A DNA stretch of 64,000 nt. Origin: Octopus vulgaris (lineage: Eukaryota). Positions within the stretch are counted from its first letter, which is position 1. Every line of letters starts with the position of its first letter. The translations under genes and the position numbers were made by a program. The notes below the pieces were generated by a model. It ran no database searches. It worked only from the letters and a program-made list of their open reading frames with translations, and was not told the DNA's origin. The DNA lies in NCBI GenBank assembly GCA_951406725.2, contig OX597820.1, positions 44,206,001 through 44,270,000 on the forward strand, written 5' to 3'. Positions 28,005-40,651 of this stretch are shown in pieces.

Positions 28005-28189
28005 ACCTCTTTTACTTGTTTAAGTCATTTGACTACGGCCATGCTGGAGCACCGTGTTTAGTCGAGCCTTTAGTCTTTGTAAGCTAGTACTTATTCTATC
28101 GATATCTTTTGCCGAACCGCTAAGTTACAGGGAGGCAACCACAGCGGCATCGGTTGTCAAGAGATGTTGGGGGGACAAACATAGACACA

Positions 28190-28231
<42 letters not shown>

Positions 28232-28407
28232 CGACGGGCTTCTTTCAGTTTCCGTCTCCCAAATCCACTCACCAGGCTTTGGTCGGCCCGAGGCTATAGT
28301 AGAAGACGCTTGCCCAAGGTATCACGCAGTGGGACTGAACCATGTGGTTGGTAAGCATGCTACATACCACATGCGTTGGTAAGCATGCTACATACCACTC
28401 CTGCGCC
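28005..28407 (-). mobile_element. SINE family A copy, inverted relative to 27031-27423
   Basis: Same blocks in reverse complement. Confidence 0.85.
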
Positions 28408-28417
28408 TATATATTCG

Positions 28418-28703
28418 GCGATCTGGCAGACACGTTAGCGCGCCGGGCGAAATGCCGGGCGAAATGCCGGGCGAAATGCCGGGCGAAATGCCGGGCGAAA
28501 TGCCGGGCGAAATGTTTAGCGGTATTTCGTCTGTCGTTACATTCTGAGTTCAAATTCCGCCGAGGTCGACTTTGCTTTTCATCCTTTCGGGGTCGATAAA
28601 TAAAGTACCAGTTTCGCACTGGGGTCGATGTAATGGACTTAATCCGTTTGTCTGTCCTTGTTTGTCCCCTCTATGTTTAGCCCCTTGTGGGCAGTAAAGG
28701 AAT
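28418..28703 (+). mobile_element. SINE family B copy with internal (GCCGGGCGAAAT)6
   Basis: Tandem 12-mer at 28442-28513 between the A and B boxes. Confidence 0.85.
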
Positions 28704-29212
28704 ATATATATTCATAGGATGAAGAAACACACACACACACACACACCTTCAGTTATGAATCACCATGGCATTGCACCAAGACAGTTCCCCTCCGAAGCAC
28801 AAGTCCGGGCAAATTTGCTTATGAAAGACCAGTAGTCGCCCATGCCGATACGGCTTGGCACCAGTAACACTGCAATCCATTTCTACAGCTGAGTGAACTG
28901 GAGCAACGTGAAATAAAGTCTCTTGCTCAAGAACACAACACACAGCTCAGTCCAGGAATCGAACTCACTACCTCATGATTGAGAGCCCGACGCTCTAACC
29001 ACTGAGTCTTGTGACGTCATAGTATATACACCTACATATACGCGTATATATAAATATACACACTTACATATACATGTATGTCTACAGTGGATAAAAATTG
29101 GTATTCAAACACGCACATATACATACGCACACATACATACATACATACATACATACATACATACATAATGCATACATACATACATACATACATACATACA
29201 TACATACATACA

Positions 29213-29244
<32 letters not shown>

Positions 29245-29939
29245 CTCCCACACATATTCAGACATACGCACACGTAGATGTTTAGCGATAAGATAAACAC
29301 GCACTTAAAAACGCACATGAACATACACAATGAGTGAATGAGAAAGAGTGAGAGAGAGAGAGAGAAAGAAAGATAAGGAGAGAGAAAAGAGAGAAAGGGA
29401 GAGAGAGAGAGAGAGAGACAAGGTGCGAGAGAGAGAGCGAAGAGAAATGGAGATTCAAAAACGCGCACTCACTGGAATGGAAACTGATGCATGCATAGAT
29501 ATAGATTCACGCTGTATATACATATAGACAAAGAGACGAGCAGAATTGACTGCTAGAAATAGCAGCCAAATCTTCCTCGAATCACCCAGCATCGTCTTAA
29601 AAAGGGACTCGCAGGATAATGGGATACTAAGGTTCTCTGCTGATACGAAAGAGAGGGGGAGGTCACTGTTGGAATATTTTTGATCTGTGTACTTAATCAA
29701 GGCTGACCCGAGACAATAGAACGACATTGAAAGGAAAACATACTCGCACTCACGAAGTGAAACATACATTAGAATGCACATTAGTGTTAATACAAGCACG
29801 TACACACACACACACACAAAACACACACACAACACACACACAACACACACAGACACACACACACACACAACACACACAGACACACACGCACATAGAATAC
29901 ACACACAACGCTCGCACATACAACACACACATATCCACA

Positions 29940-29974
<35 letters not shown>

Positions 29975-30174
29975 TGCATACGCACAAACACACACATGCA
30001 CACCTATGCTCAACGATGCGCACAACTGAACAGTCAATGGATCCTCCGTCGGCTTCGACGATGTTTATTCCAGTCTAAGTCTAAGTGGCCGAGTACTCCA
30101 CAGACAATGATATTATTACAGGTGTGTAACCCCAAATCAGTATGGGTGGGAGGCTTTCTAGTCATCTTTTATCG

Positions 30175-30350
30175 TTTACCTCTTTCAGTCTTTAGACTGC
30201 AGCCATACTGGGGCACCACCTTGAATTTTAGTAGAGTGAATTTACTCTCGCATTATCGGATCTCTTTCTCTGAACTGCTAAGTTACAGGAACCTAAACAC
30301 ACCAACGCCGGTTGTCAAGTGATGGTGAGGAACAAACACAGACACAAAGA

Positions 30351-30434
<84 letters not shown>

Positions 30435-30596
30435 GACGGGCTTCTATTAGTTTCTATCGACCAAATCCCCTCAGAAAGCTTTTGTTCATCCGAAACCATA
30501 GTAAAAGACATCTGCCCAGTGTGCCACACAGTGGGACTGAACCCAGAGCTATGTGGTTGGGAAGTAAACTTCTTACCACACAGTCACGCCTGCGCC
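30175..30596 (-). mobile_element. SINE family A copy (diverged)
   Basis: Same blocks in reverse complement. Confidence 0.75.
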
Positions 30597-31086
30597 ATAA
30601 TAACTATCTCGCCCTGTCTCCATTTCTACATTCTGTGTTCAAATACCTCTGAGGTTATCTTTGCCTTACATCCGGAGGCGATGGACTAGCAGAACCGTTA
30701 AAGTCTCGGATGAAAGGTCCTGCGATACAAGTCCCGGTTCTTTACTTTCCGAGGTCAAATCCTGCTATAGCTTACTTGGGTTATAAGCTTAAACCGTCGT
30801 GACGTTTTAACATCACGATCATCACTCGGCACCTTTAGCGGAGGCCATTCTGCTGCAAGCATTCGGGCCAGGTTACCAGTTTAAGGATACATTCCTCTTT
30901 TTCTCCCAAACCCCGTACACCAGTGTCCGAGGTCGTGTAATCAGTCTTGGGCACTGCTTTTCCTCCTGACTGAAAGATGAAAAAAAAATTAATAACATCC
31001 AATGTCCATCTCTTTTGAAGGCAGTGGGTTGTAATTTGAGAGTGATTTGGCTGATACTTTTCATAACATGTTCGGCTAGTAGCATA

Positions 31087-31480
31087 CAGAGGCTTCCACG
31101 CTAGTTCGCTTTCAAGGGAAGAAGGCACCACAGAAATGGTAAATAGTTTACGGCACAAAAGAAATCATTTTAAATTTGCTATACTAATATTCGGGATGCC
31201 TTATCTCTACAAAGTATAGAAGCAGATTCGTTGCGTAAAATTAATTTTGAGGATCTGATCAAAGACTTTGCAACTGAAAAAAAAATTAGAAAAACGTTAA
31301 AAATATAAATAAGGTGTAAGTATACAAAAATAAACATTATTTTCCATTTTGCGATCAGTTTTGCTTCATTTTGAAAAATAAAAATTTATTATGTGGTTTG
31401 TTATTGTTTATATTTTGAATCACATATATATGAAGGCACCAAAATCATTTAAGTGATTAGAGTACTTAAATCTGGCCCTG
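31087..31480 (+). mobile_element. hAT transposon remnant (C-terminal dimerisation region and right end)
   Basis: DALSLQSIEADSLRKINFEDLIKDFATEKK; ends in AAATCTGGCCCTG. No TSD seen. Confidence 0.6.
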
Positions 31481-31561
31481 TTTTGGGGGGAATCAGTATG
31501 AGACAGGATGTGAGAAGGCTGGGCTCTTCTAATTTATGTCGATATCAATTTTATATTATTA

Positions 31562-32174
31562 CTAGCAGTATCGCCCGGCGTTGCTCGGGTTTTGATTGAT
31601 TGATTGATTGATTCTAGTTTCAGCTCATGAGCTGTGGCCATGCTGGGGCACCGCCATTTGGTGTTGCTACTTGGTTTTACTTCACGAAAGCTTTTTAGCA
31701 ACTGCCATTTGGTGCATGAGAGAGTTCGATGCAGCTGCCCTCATCTGCACCTCCTGCCGTGAAGTTGGTTTATCTGGGACACCTGACAGGAAGAGATCCA
31801 GGGAAATAACTATATAAGCATTTTTAGAGAGTTATAGCCAAAAAAATAGTAAAAAAAAGCATTAAAAATGGAAAAAAGAAAATTATGGTAAATTTTTTTT
31901 TTAATCGTTGACTCATCGTAGACATTTTTAGAGAGTTACTTCCCTTATATAATAGCGAAAAAATGAATTAAAAAGGAAAAAAATGATGGTAATTTTTTTT
32001 TTAAATCGTAGACTCATCGTAGACGCGCGCTAATACCCAGAAGGGCTCGATATGAATCACGACTATAAGATACCCGGTTTTGGTTAAACTGCACCGCAAA
32101 ATGTGGGAGTAGTTAGGAATCTAAATCGTAGGAGACAGACACTCACACAACTTCACTTTTATATATAAAAAAGA
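31562..32174 (-). mobile_element. Non-autonomous Helitron-like element with a nested insertion (~31594-31800)
   Basis: Minus strand A|TC…hairpin CCCGAGCAACGCCGGG…CTAG|T; internal ~100-bp tandem duplication. Confidence 0.75.
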
Positions 32175-32546
32175 TGTGCTTGAATACCGGTACTCTAAAT
32201 GTAACTCCTCAGTGCGTCACAACGTGGCAAGTCTCGGCCCTTCGCGTTACCGATACAAAGTATCTGTTTGGTTTCTTCAAACATTTTATATGATCTCAGT
32301 TTTACTTACAGAACAAGGCAGACGTTGACACCAACTATGATAGAAAAAAAATAATAATTAGCTCTTGCCCAATGTATGATGCAGAGGGATCGAACGCACA
32401 TACTTACGTCTGTAAACCGTCTGGTCATGCTTCTGTGAAGTCGAACGGTTTACATCCAAGGCTAAAATCTCTCTCTCTCTCTCTTCCTCCCTTTTATATA
32501 TATATATACATGTCTTCCACACACATGCGCAAACATACAAGTCTTA

Positions 32547-32595
<49 letters not shown>

Positions 32596-32602
32596 ATGTA
32601 CA

Positions 32603-32644
<42 letters not shown>

Positions 32645-33224
32645 TCCCACACACATGCGCATACACATATAACACAAACAACCACTGTGGACGAAGCTGA
32701 AACTAATAAATGCTCTTTAAATAAAGGGGTTAAGAGAGGGTGAGGTGAGAGAGGAAGAGAAGCAGCAACAGAGGGAGAGGAAAAGGAAGAGAAAGAGAGA
32801 CGGAAGAAAGTGAAGAGGAAAAGAGACGGAAGAAAGTGAAGAGGAAGAAAAGGAATAGAAGAAGCTGAAGAAGATGAAGAGTAAGGGGAGGAGGGGATAG
32901 GAATGGAGGGGAGGGGATAGGAATGGAGGGGAGGGGAGGGGAGGGGAAGTGTGGGGGAAGAGAACAAGGCAGAAGGAAGGAAGGAAGAAAGAAGGGAGGC
33001 GGGAAGAAAGAAAAGCATTAGACAGGAAAGGAGGGGGACAGGGAAGAGGTGAATGAGGCAGTAGCCAGAGAAAGAAGGTATGGCAGAAGAGAGACGAAAC
33101 GTGCATATGAAGGCGAAAAGAAAACGATAGATTGATGATAGGAGAGAGAGAGACAGTGATGGAGAGAATTAGAAAGGAAAGAGTGAGGGAGAGAGAGAGA
33201 GACGGAGAAATACAAAGTACGTCA

Positions 33225-33434
33225 CTCGCATGGTAAGAAGCTCGCTTCCCAACCACATGGTTCCGGCTTCAATCCCACTGTGTAGCACCTTGGGCAAGTG
33301 TCTTCTACTATAGCCTCGGGCCGACCAAAGCCTTCGGAGTGGATTTGGTAGACGGAAACTGAAAGAAGCCCGTCGTATGTGTGTGTGGGTGTGGGTGGGT
33401 GTGGGTGTGCGTGTGTGTGTGTGCGTGTGTGTGC

Positions 33435-33485
<51 letters not shown>

Positions 33486-33714
33486 TGTGTGCGCGCATGT
33501 GTGTGTGCGTATTTGTATGTGTGTCTATTTGTTCCCACACCAACGTTTGACAAACGATGCTGGTGTGTTTACGCGCCTGTAACTTAGCGGTTCGGCAAAA
33601 GGGTCAGATAGAATAAGTACTAGGCTTGCAAAGAATGAGTCTTGGGGTCGATTTGTTCGACTAAAGGCGGTGCTCCAGTTTGACCGCAGTCAATTGCCTG
33701 AAACAAATAAAAGA
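33225..33714 (+). mobile_element. SINE family A copy
   Basis: Same blocks with expanded (GT)n. Confidence 0.85.
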
Positions 33715-33976
33715 ATATATATACATATATTTACAATTCTCTTTCTCCTTTTTCTTTCCCTCACTACCACTTTCTCTGAGTGCGTATTCCTTTCTCTGCG
33801 TATGTGTATATGCCCATGTGTGCACGCACATGTGCGTGTGTGTGCACTCGCGTGTGTGTGCACTCGCGTGTGTGTGCACTCGCGTGAATGTGTTTCTATT
33901 TGCCTGCTTGTCTGACATTTCTAAACTTTCTCTCTCTCTCTCTCTCTGCATATTCACAAATCTGTATACATGCATG

Positions 33977-34007
<31 letters not shown>

Positions 34008-34899
34008 GCATGCATATACATATATATACATATACATATATATATTATGTATATATAAATGTATGTATATGCTTATGCATGCATGTATGTATGTATGTAT
34101 GTATGTATGTATGTAGTTTTCGCGTTATAAGAATTTATGAATTATCGAGAAATAATTCTAGTTTGGAACAGTGGATGACGAAGCACACAGAAAGCTGTAA
34201 ATTATAGCGTGCAAATATTGGATTTAAAAAACCCTTTTGGATAAAAAGGAAAATAAACTTGAAGGCCGACACGATCTGTCATCTTGTGTCGACATGACAT
34301 ATGCGAAAACATATGCGAAAACAGCTGTGTGTTAAGATGCTTGCTTCCTACAACATGCCTCGTGGAGCTTTGGGTGTTTTCGCCCAATAAACACTCACAA
34401 CGCCCAGTCTGGGAATCGAAACCGTGATCCTACGACCGCGTTACCATTGGTTTCGCGTCTATTACTGATCTCACCAATATGAGACCCGATGGCCAGAGAC
34501 CAACTAATTTCATGATCCCAAATTAAGTTGTATCGATAAGCTCCGATAAGAGCGAAATAACCTTTTCTGCAGCTACTAGGACACCCAAAATGAGAAAGAA
34601 AAAGGAATTATCTGGAAATAATGTCCAATGTTCTCTCACTCATACGAAAATGACCTCGCAAAATAATAAAGCAAAAAAGAAAAAGAAAAGATTATATTTC
34701 TTGGTCACACTCTTTATGTGTGTATTTGTGTATGTGAGCTTCTTATGTGTGCGTTTGTGTATGTTTCTTTTTGTGTTTGTTTCTGTGTATGCAGTTGATA
34801 CATACATCTGTGTGTATTTAAGCATATTTAAATATACATATACACATATATGTATGTATTCATGCATGCATATTTTTATGGATAAACAAACGTACACGG

Positions 34900-35540
34900 C
34901 CTTTGGTTGCACTGGACCTAATCAATGCACCTTTCACATTAGGGGCTCTTTCTAATGCATCTCCAACTTATCTAAGAGTTACAATTTAGTTTACATCATA
35001 CAAACCAGCCGCCAGCAATCCTACTGTACGAGGAACACCTCATAGACATCTTCCTTGGCAAGAGGTCACCTGTCTTGATATTTCTGCTCTACTAACCACT
35101 GATCCAACATTTCTCGATCTTCAACTTCCAGCACCAGATTGCCGACAACTCACCTTCAGAAGGAGACCTACAAGGAGACTTATATTTTCCTTCCATATGT
35201 TCGCGTTCCTTGGGTTCATCGGATCCAACAACCGCAATTTGGGTCTCTTTCTAATGCATTTCTATCTTCATTTTTGCATTCTGAAGTTCCATCTGAACTT
35301 TGAGCCAAATCAAGCAAACTGACCTCTAGCATTTCGATAGGCTCGTGGAACAACTCAGAGACATTCCATTTAACAACGGCTACCTGTCTCTTGATTTTTC
35401 CGCTTTGCTGACCTCTTCGTACAACGCCTTTCGCAACTTAGCTTCCAAAACTGGATCATTCATCACCCGTCTTCAGAAGGAAGTGAAACTCGTCTTCTAC
35501 TTCCGAACTTACACGTTATTTGGTCTAAATCTCACTAATC
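34900..35540 (+). pseudogene. Two tandem, highly decayed Neptune-type GIY-YIG C-terminal fragments
   Basis: EQLRDI..RLQKEVKLVFYFRTY..GLN; the shared segments CTCTTTCTAATGCAT and CTTCAGAAGGA occur twice. Confidence 0.5.
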
Positions 35541-36373
35541 GTAACCTGTGTTTTTACCCCCACCTACTCTTCCAGCATTATTTTCTTCCATTCCCTTTGT
35601 CCCCTAAGTCCCAATCACACCCCCACTCTCATTTCACCGCTCTCGACCACTCATATGTCGCTCCTCACTTGCCTCACATTTACACATACATGCACACCCT
35701 CAACACAAACATATTTATTAGACTATTTTTCCTGAGCTATTGCACGGTGATCGCCATAAGCTTTAAATAACGACGAATGTTTGCAATACGTTCATGGACA
35801 TAAAAACAAGGGACCTTTATTATTATTTACAGAATGGTAAACTACGGCGCCGTATAACAAAATCATTCGCACTGAAAACATATATTTATATTTATATATA
35901 TCAAACAAATAAGAAGACGAAGGAAGAGTTCAGTACATCTTTATTACTAGTCACAATTGTTTCGGTCCCACTCTATCGCTAACCCATTGGACACTTATGA
36001 TTTCTTGTGAAACGTTACGTAATATTTGCGGCTTTACACACTAAGGTTACACTTCATCAGATTTATATCAAAAGGAGCGCTCTTACATTGGGCAACGGTC
36101 AAATGTTTAATATATCTTACAAAGGGAGGAAACAATGAATATAAAATAAGAATAAAATGGTGAAATGGCAGCAAAGACCAAGTCAAAAGTAATACTAAGT
36201 ATGATAAATGTAGACTATAGGAAAACTGTGAAGAGTTGAGAGAATGAGAAGTTATTTTTATTTTATTCTTATCCTTACTTCATTCTCGTTTGTTTTGCTG
36301 TTAGTACTAGTGGCGTAGTTTCATTATTATTAATTTATCATTGCAACGTAACACTTTTATATATTATTATTAT

Positions 36374-36432
<59 letters not shown>

Positions 36433-37069
36433 CTTTCAACACACGGCTATAATGCTCCCCCACTACTACTGCTCATGATCAGAGATGCACATATCATCAG
36501 TCTCTAAGGGACATGCTCAACTGGTTAAGGTCAAACAACTGACAAGCAAATCTGTGGTATTGAGCAGAATATTTGCTGTAGCCCATCTTTTATACCAAGA
36601 CAAAACAATGTACATGATAACACTTCCAATCAGCCATGAGAGCCACTGCTTGGTACTGCATCTATTATGTTTATTATCATTATAATTATTATTATCTTCC
36701 TCCTCCTCCTCCTCCTCTTCCTCCTCCTTGCAATGTAAAAGCATCAGCCTGATGAAGTGACATCCTAATACGCCACAAATATTACGTAATTTTTCGCAGG
36801 CAATCATCTTCCGCTTTCTAATATGGATTATACATTGCTATTCATAAAACCCACACATTTGATTCACTAGTGATATATTTGGATTATCTACATCAGTGGA
36901 ATTTCACTCTTCCTTGAAGCTATAATTTGAGAGTGTAAATAGCCATGAATTTTAACGGAATGCTGCATTGGAAATACTCCGTTTTGTTTTTTACTCTATC
37001 GAGTCCCTTACATATACATACATGCATACAAATATATATGTGCATGCGTGTGTGAGTGGGTGTGTGTGT

Positions 37070-37135
<66 letters not shown>

Positions 37136-37297
37136 GTGTGTGTGATTGTGTATAGAAGAATATATTAATAAAAAGAATTCCAACCTTGTCTGATTTTCAC
37201 GTTTTATTTACAATCTTATAATGATATATTATAAGATAATATATTATAATTGAATAAAATAAAATGAAATAGTAGAATGTTAAATATTCATTCTGAT

Positions 37298-37342
37298 TGA
37301 ACTAGTACTTTCATGCATTGAATTCTGCAATCTTCGGGTTCA
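37298..37342 (-). ncRNA. Mirror copy of the variant minimal hammerhead ribozyme
   Basis: Exact reverse complement of 43371-43415. Confidence 0.8.
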
Positions 37343-37836
37343 TGTAGTAGTGTTGACAGTCATGCTTCACAATTTTTGACTGTAGCAAGATGAGTGATTC
37401 TGTGCTATAAATACAGCTGGGTAGGCTCCAGAGTGCTAGGTTTTGCAAACTGTATTCTGACCAATCAGTGTGTAGTATCACTCAATTACTTAAGCTGATT
37501 GGTTGGTTGAGCTGATTGGTTTAGGCATCACGCTTTGTTGGACAGGTCAAGAGTCCTGTATCTTGACCCTGGCCGAAGCAGCAATTGTTGGGTTATTTTT
37601 AGAAATGTTGTAAATATCCTTTGTCAGAGATTTTTATATTTTTATATTTCAATTGTCATCATCATCATTGTCAGCACCTTAATTATTGTTGCTAGTGGTG
37701 ATGGTGGTGGCAATAGAACTTTTAACCCTAAATAAGATAATTTTCCTGCTATCTTCGTCTTGATCACCTTTAGTATTGTTGTTGTTGTTAGTGGTCATGG
37801 TCGTAGCAGTGGAAGTAATACCTCTAAGTATTATTA

Positions 37837-40164
37837 TTATTGCTTATTTAGCTTGGGTTCGAATTTATCAATAAAATTCTTTTCTCTGATTTTCCTCTCG
37901 ATTTCACTTGGGCTGTGTAATTTGTAGAATGGAAATATTATATATATTTTCCGACCACATGTTGCTAGGTGGTTACTCAAAGGTATCTGACGGACCTCTG
38001 GGTCTCTAATCTGTTGCCGGTGTACACGTGAGCGTTCTAATAGTGCGTTTCCCGTCTGACCTACATATATTTCTTCACAATTTGGGCATTTGATGCAGTA
38101 AATTAAATTTCTGCTTTTGCAGTTCATATTCGCGTTTGTGAATATTTTCCCGGTTTTTGTGTTAATATATTGACCGGTATGTATGAATTGGCATGTGCCA
38201 CATCGGCTATCATTGCATTTAGATACCGTGAATGTTTGGTCTTTGTTGCTGAGGTCAAATTTTGCCTTTGTTAGTAATGTTTTCAAGTTTTTAGGCTGTC
38301 TTTTACTAAGCACCATAGCTCGATCCTTGATTATGTCTTTTAATTCATTACTTTGGGCAATGATTGGTAGGTTTGCTTTGGCAATGTTGAAGATATTCTG
38401 GTGACATGGGTTGTGTGTCACTATGAATGGTATGACTTGTTCTTGTTTTCCTCTTCCTTGGGTTGTCCTAAGTTGTTGTATAGGTATTTTTATAGCCCGC
38501 TGTATGCCATTTTCTATAAGTAGAGATGGGTATTTTTGTTTGAGCAAAAATTCTCTTAGTTCTATTAGGCGTTTGTTCCTGATATTTGCATCTTCTACAA
38601 TAGTACAAATTCTTCTGGCTAGGCAGTATGGGATGTTACGTTTTGTATGTGGTGGATGGCACGACTTAAAATTTAGGTATTGATGTGTGTCTGTGTGTTT
38701 ATAGTATATATCTGTGGTGATGGTGGTGTCTTTTTTAATTACCATTATATCCAGGAATGGTAATTTGGTACTACTCATCTCCTTTGTAAATTTGAGAGAT
38801 GGGTGTAGGTTGTTCAGGAGGATATTGAACTCTTCCAGAGTATTTAGAGATTCTGTCCAGATTATGAAACAGTCGTCTAGGTATCTCTTCCAGGCCTTTT
38901 CAATATACTTTCTAAATCCAGTGCCATAGTTTACCTCCACCTCTTGGTAGAGTTGTTCTTCTAAGTATCTCATTACAGAGTTGGCGTAAACGGGAGCAAA
39001 CCTCGTTCCCATCGCCGTGCCTCTAATTTGGATGTAATTCTTTCCATTGAAGAAGAATGTGTTATTTTCTAGAATAAGTTTGACTGTGTCTAATATAAAT
39101 GGCACTGTGAATCTGCTGGGAATCACTTCTCTATGTTTTTCTAACCAGTATTTAATCGCCTTTATTCCTAAATCGTGTGGAATATTGGTGTAGAGGCTTA
39201 CCACATCAAAACTTAGTAAAACTGAATTTGTTTCTGTTGTTTTGGGAAGATGGGACAGGAAGTCGATGTCATCCCTGATGAAACTTGGTATGTAAGTACA
39301 TAGTGGTTTCAAAACAATGTCAATAAAATTGCTTAGACGGTGTGTAGGGCATGCTGGACCAGCTATAATAGGTCTAAGTTTTAGGTCTTTTGGATGTAAT
39401 AATTTTATGTACTCACTTTCTTGTTCTTTTACTGCCTGTTGAATGTTTTTTGATTTGTGTATTTTTGGTAAGCCGTAGAAGTTGCTGGGTTTTGGTTCAA
39501 AATTGGTGATGTAGTCTTTTTCATTATCCGTAAGTGAGTTGTGGTGTGTTGAAATCAGGTTGTTGATCTTTTTCATGATGTGGTGGTCTATATTTGCGGG
39601 TATTTCACAATAGAAGGTTGTATCCTTCAGTTGGTCTTCAACCAAATCCTTATAGTATTCGGTATCCATAATAACAATTGCACCACCTTTATCTGCTTGT
39701 TTAATTATTATTGTTTGATCGTTTTGTATACGTTTACATGCAGACATCTCTGATTTGCTAATGTTTGGCCTAACATTGGTATTGCGTCTAAGGGGAAATT
39801 TAGACAGGATATCAATGTATTGGTCAAGGTAGTTATTTCTTCCTTTTGGTGGGGTGAAATTTGATTTATTCCTTACTAGGGATTCATCAATCTCATTACT
39901 TTTGTTAGCGAAGAATTCTACAAGTCGTAATTTTCGACAGAATTTTTGGATATCCTCCTTTAATTCTTGGTGGTTGGCTGTTGGTGTAGGTGTGAATTTC
40001 AGTCCTTTTGACAGAAGTTGGATTTCATCATTGTCAAGATCTCTTTTTGATAAATTAATTATTTTAGGATCTATACGTTCAGTTGTTTGGGGTATGTTTC
40101 CTCTTGGATTTTTTCTTTCTCCGGTGTTTGTTGTCCTGACGTAAAAAAATGGATTTTTTTCTGG
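37837..40164 (-). CDS. PLE ORF2: reverse transcriptase + GIY-YIG endonuclease (frame open from 40164; first ATG only at 39747)
   Basis: Motifs IINLS..LLSKGLKFTPTP, ADKGG, FYGLPKIHK, LRPII, SFDVVSLYTNIP, GTAMGT, YLDD, linker CxxxxCxxC, and NLIYCIKCPNCEEIYVGQT..R..H..H. No stop over 2328 nt. Confidence 0.93.
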   Translation of the reverse strand, partial: PEKNPFFYVRTTNTGERKNPRGNIPQTTERIDPKIINLSKRDLDNDEIQLLSKGLKFTPTPTANHQELKEDIQKFCRKLRLVEFFANKSNEIDESLVRNKSNFTPPKGRNNYLDQYIDILSKFPLRRNTNVRPNISKSEMSACKRIQNDQTIIIKQADKGGAIVIMDTEYYKDLVEDQLKDTTFYCEIPANIDHHIMKKINNLISTHHNSLTDNEKDYITNFEPKPSNFYGLPKIHKSKNIQQAVKEQESEYIKLLHPKDLKLRPIIAGPACPTHRLSNFIDIVLKPLCTYIPSFIRDDIDFLSHLPKTTETNSVLLSFDVVSLYTNIPHDLGIKAIKYWLEKHREVIPSRFTVPFILDTVKLILENNTFFFNGKNYIQIRGTAMGTRFAPVYANSVMRYLEEQLYQEVEVNYGTGFRKYIEKAWKRYLDDCFIIWTESLNTLEEFNILLNNLHPSLKFTKEMSSTKLPFLDIMVIKKDTTITTDIYYKHTDTHQYLNFKSCHPPHTKRNIPYCLARRICTIVEDANIRNKRLIELREFLLKQKYPSLLIENGIQRAIKIPIQQLRTTQGRGKQEQVIPFIVTHNPCHQNIFNIAKANLPIIAQSNELKDIIKDRAMVLSKRQPKNLKTLLTKAKFDLSNKDQTFTVSKCNDSRCGTCQFIHTGQYINTKTGKIFTNANMNCKSRNLIYCIKCPNCEEIYVGQTGNALLERSRVHRQQIRDPEVRQIPLSNHLATCGRKIYIIFPFYKLHSPSEIERKIREKNFIDKFEPKLNKQ

Positions 40165-40649
40165 TTATGATTTATATTCCTGTTGATGTTTGCTTGATGA
40201 ATTTTGCGTTTTGGTTGTGGTACTTTACTTGGTTTCGTTATGTTTTCTGTCTTGTTTTTGGTATTATGTATGCTACTTTTCAATTTCTTGTTAGCATTGT
40301 TTTTAACCACCTGGAGAAATGATCTGGGTTTACTTCTAGATCTAGATCGGTTTTTTGTCCAGTTTCTTGTGGGTAATCTCTGTTGAGGTCTTGAAAATGA
40401 TCTCCTGTTATTTCTACTGCTAATGGTCTGTTCAAAACAATATCTATTTTGTTTGTGCTTTTTGTTCATGTTGTGTGCATTAGGGTGTTTGCATACAAAA
40501 TGGGAAGAGTTCTTACCGTAGTTCGTCTTCGATTCGTGGTGAAACGGGTGTTCATGTTGCCACGTGTTCTGGTGTATGTTGCGTTGGTGAGGTTGTCCAC
40601 TTTTAATGCTATTTCTCGGAGTTCTGGTGTCTTTACCGTAATTTGTAGC
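40071..40649 (-). CDS. PLE upstream ORF1, 5'-truncated at the inversion junction; basic, R/S/K/N-rich
   Basis: The frame of track ORF 40071-40469 stays open to 40649 (ATNYGKDTRTPRNS...NRSRSRSKPRSF...KQLNV*) and overlaps ORF2 by ~94 nt. Confidence 0.65.
   Translation of the reverse strand, partial: ATNYGKDTRTPRNSIKSGQPHQRNIHQNTWQHEHPFHHESKTNYGKNSSHFVCKHPNAHNMNKKHKQNRYCFEQTISSRNNRRSFSRPQQRLPTRNWTKNRSRSRSKPRSFLQVVKNNANKKLKSSIHNTKNKTENITKPSKVPQPKRKIHQANINRNINHNQKKIHFFTSGQQTPEKEKIQEETYPKQLNV
40143..40149 (-). promoter_or_regulatory. Candidate -1 ribosomal frameshift slippery site U_UUU_UUU
   Basis: Minus strand reads caU UUU UUU acg in ORF1 phase, inside the ORF1/ORF2 overlap and 15 nt after the last ORF2-frame stop (40165-40167). 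Confidence 0.55.
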
Positions 40650-40651
40650 AT

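Noticed and set aside
37837-40164. Selenoprotein-type (UGA-recoding) PLE
   Set aside because: No in-frame TGA in ORF2 and no convincing SECIS seen.
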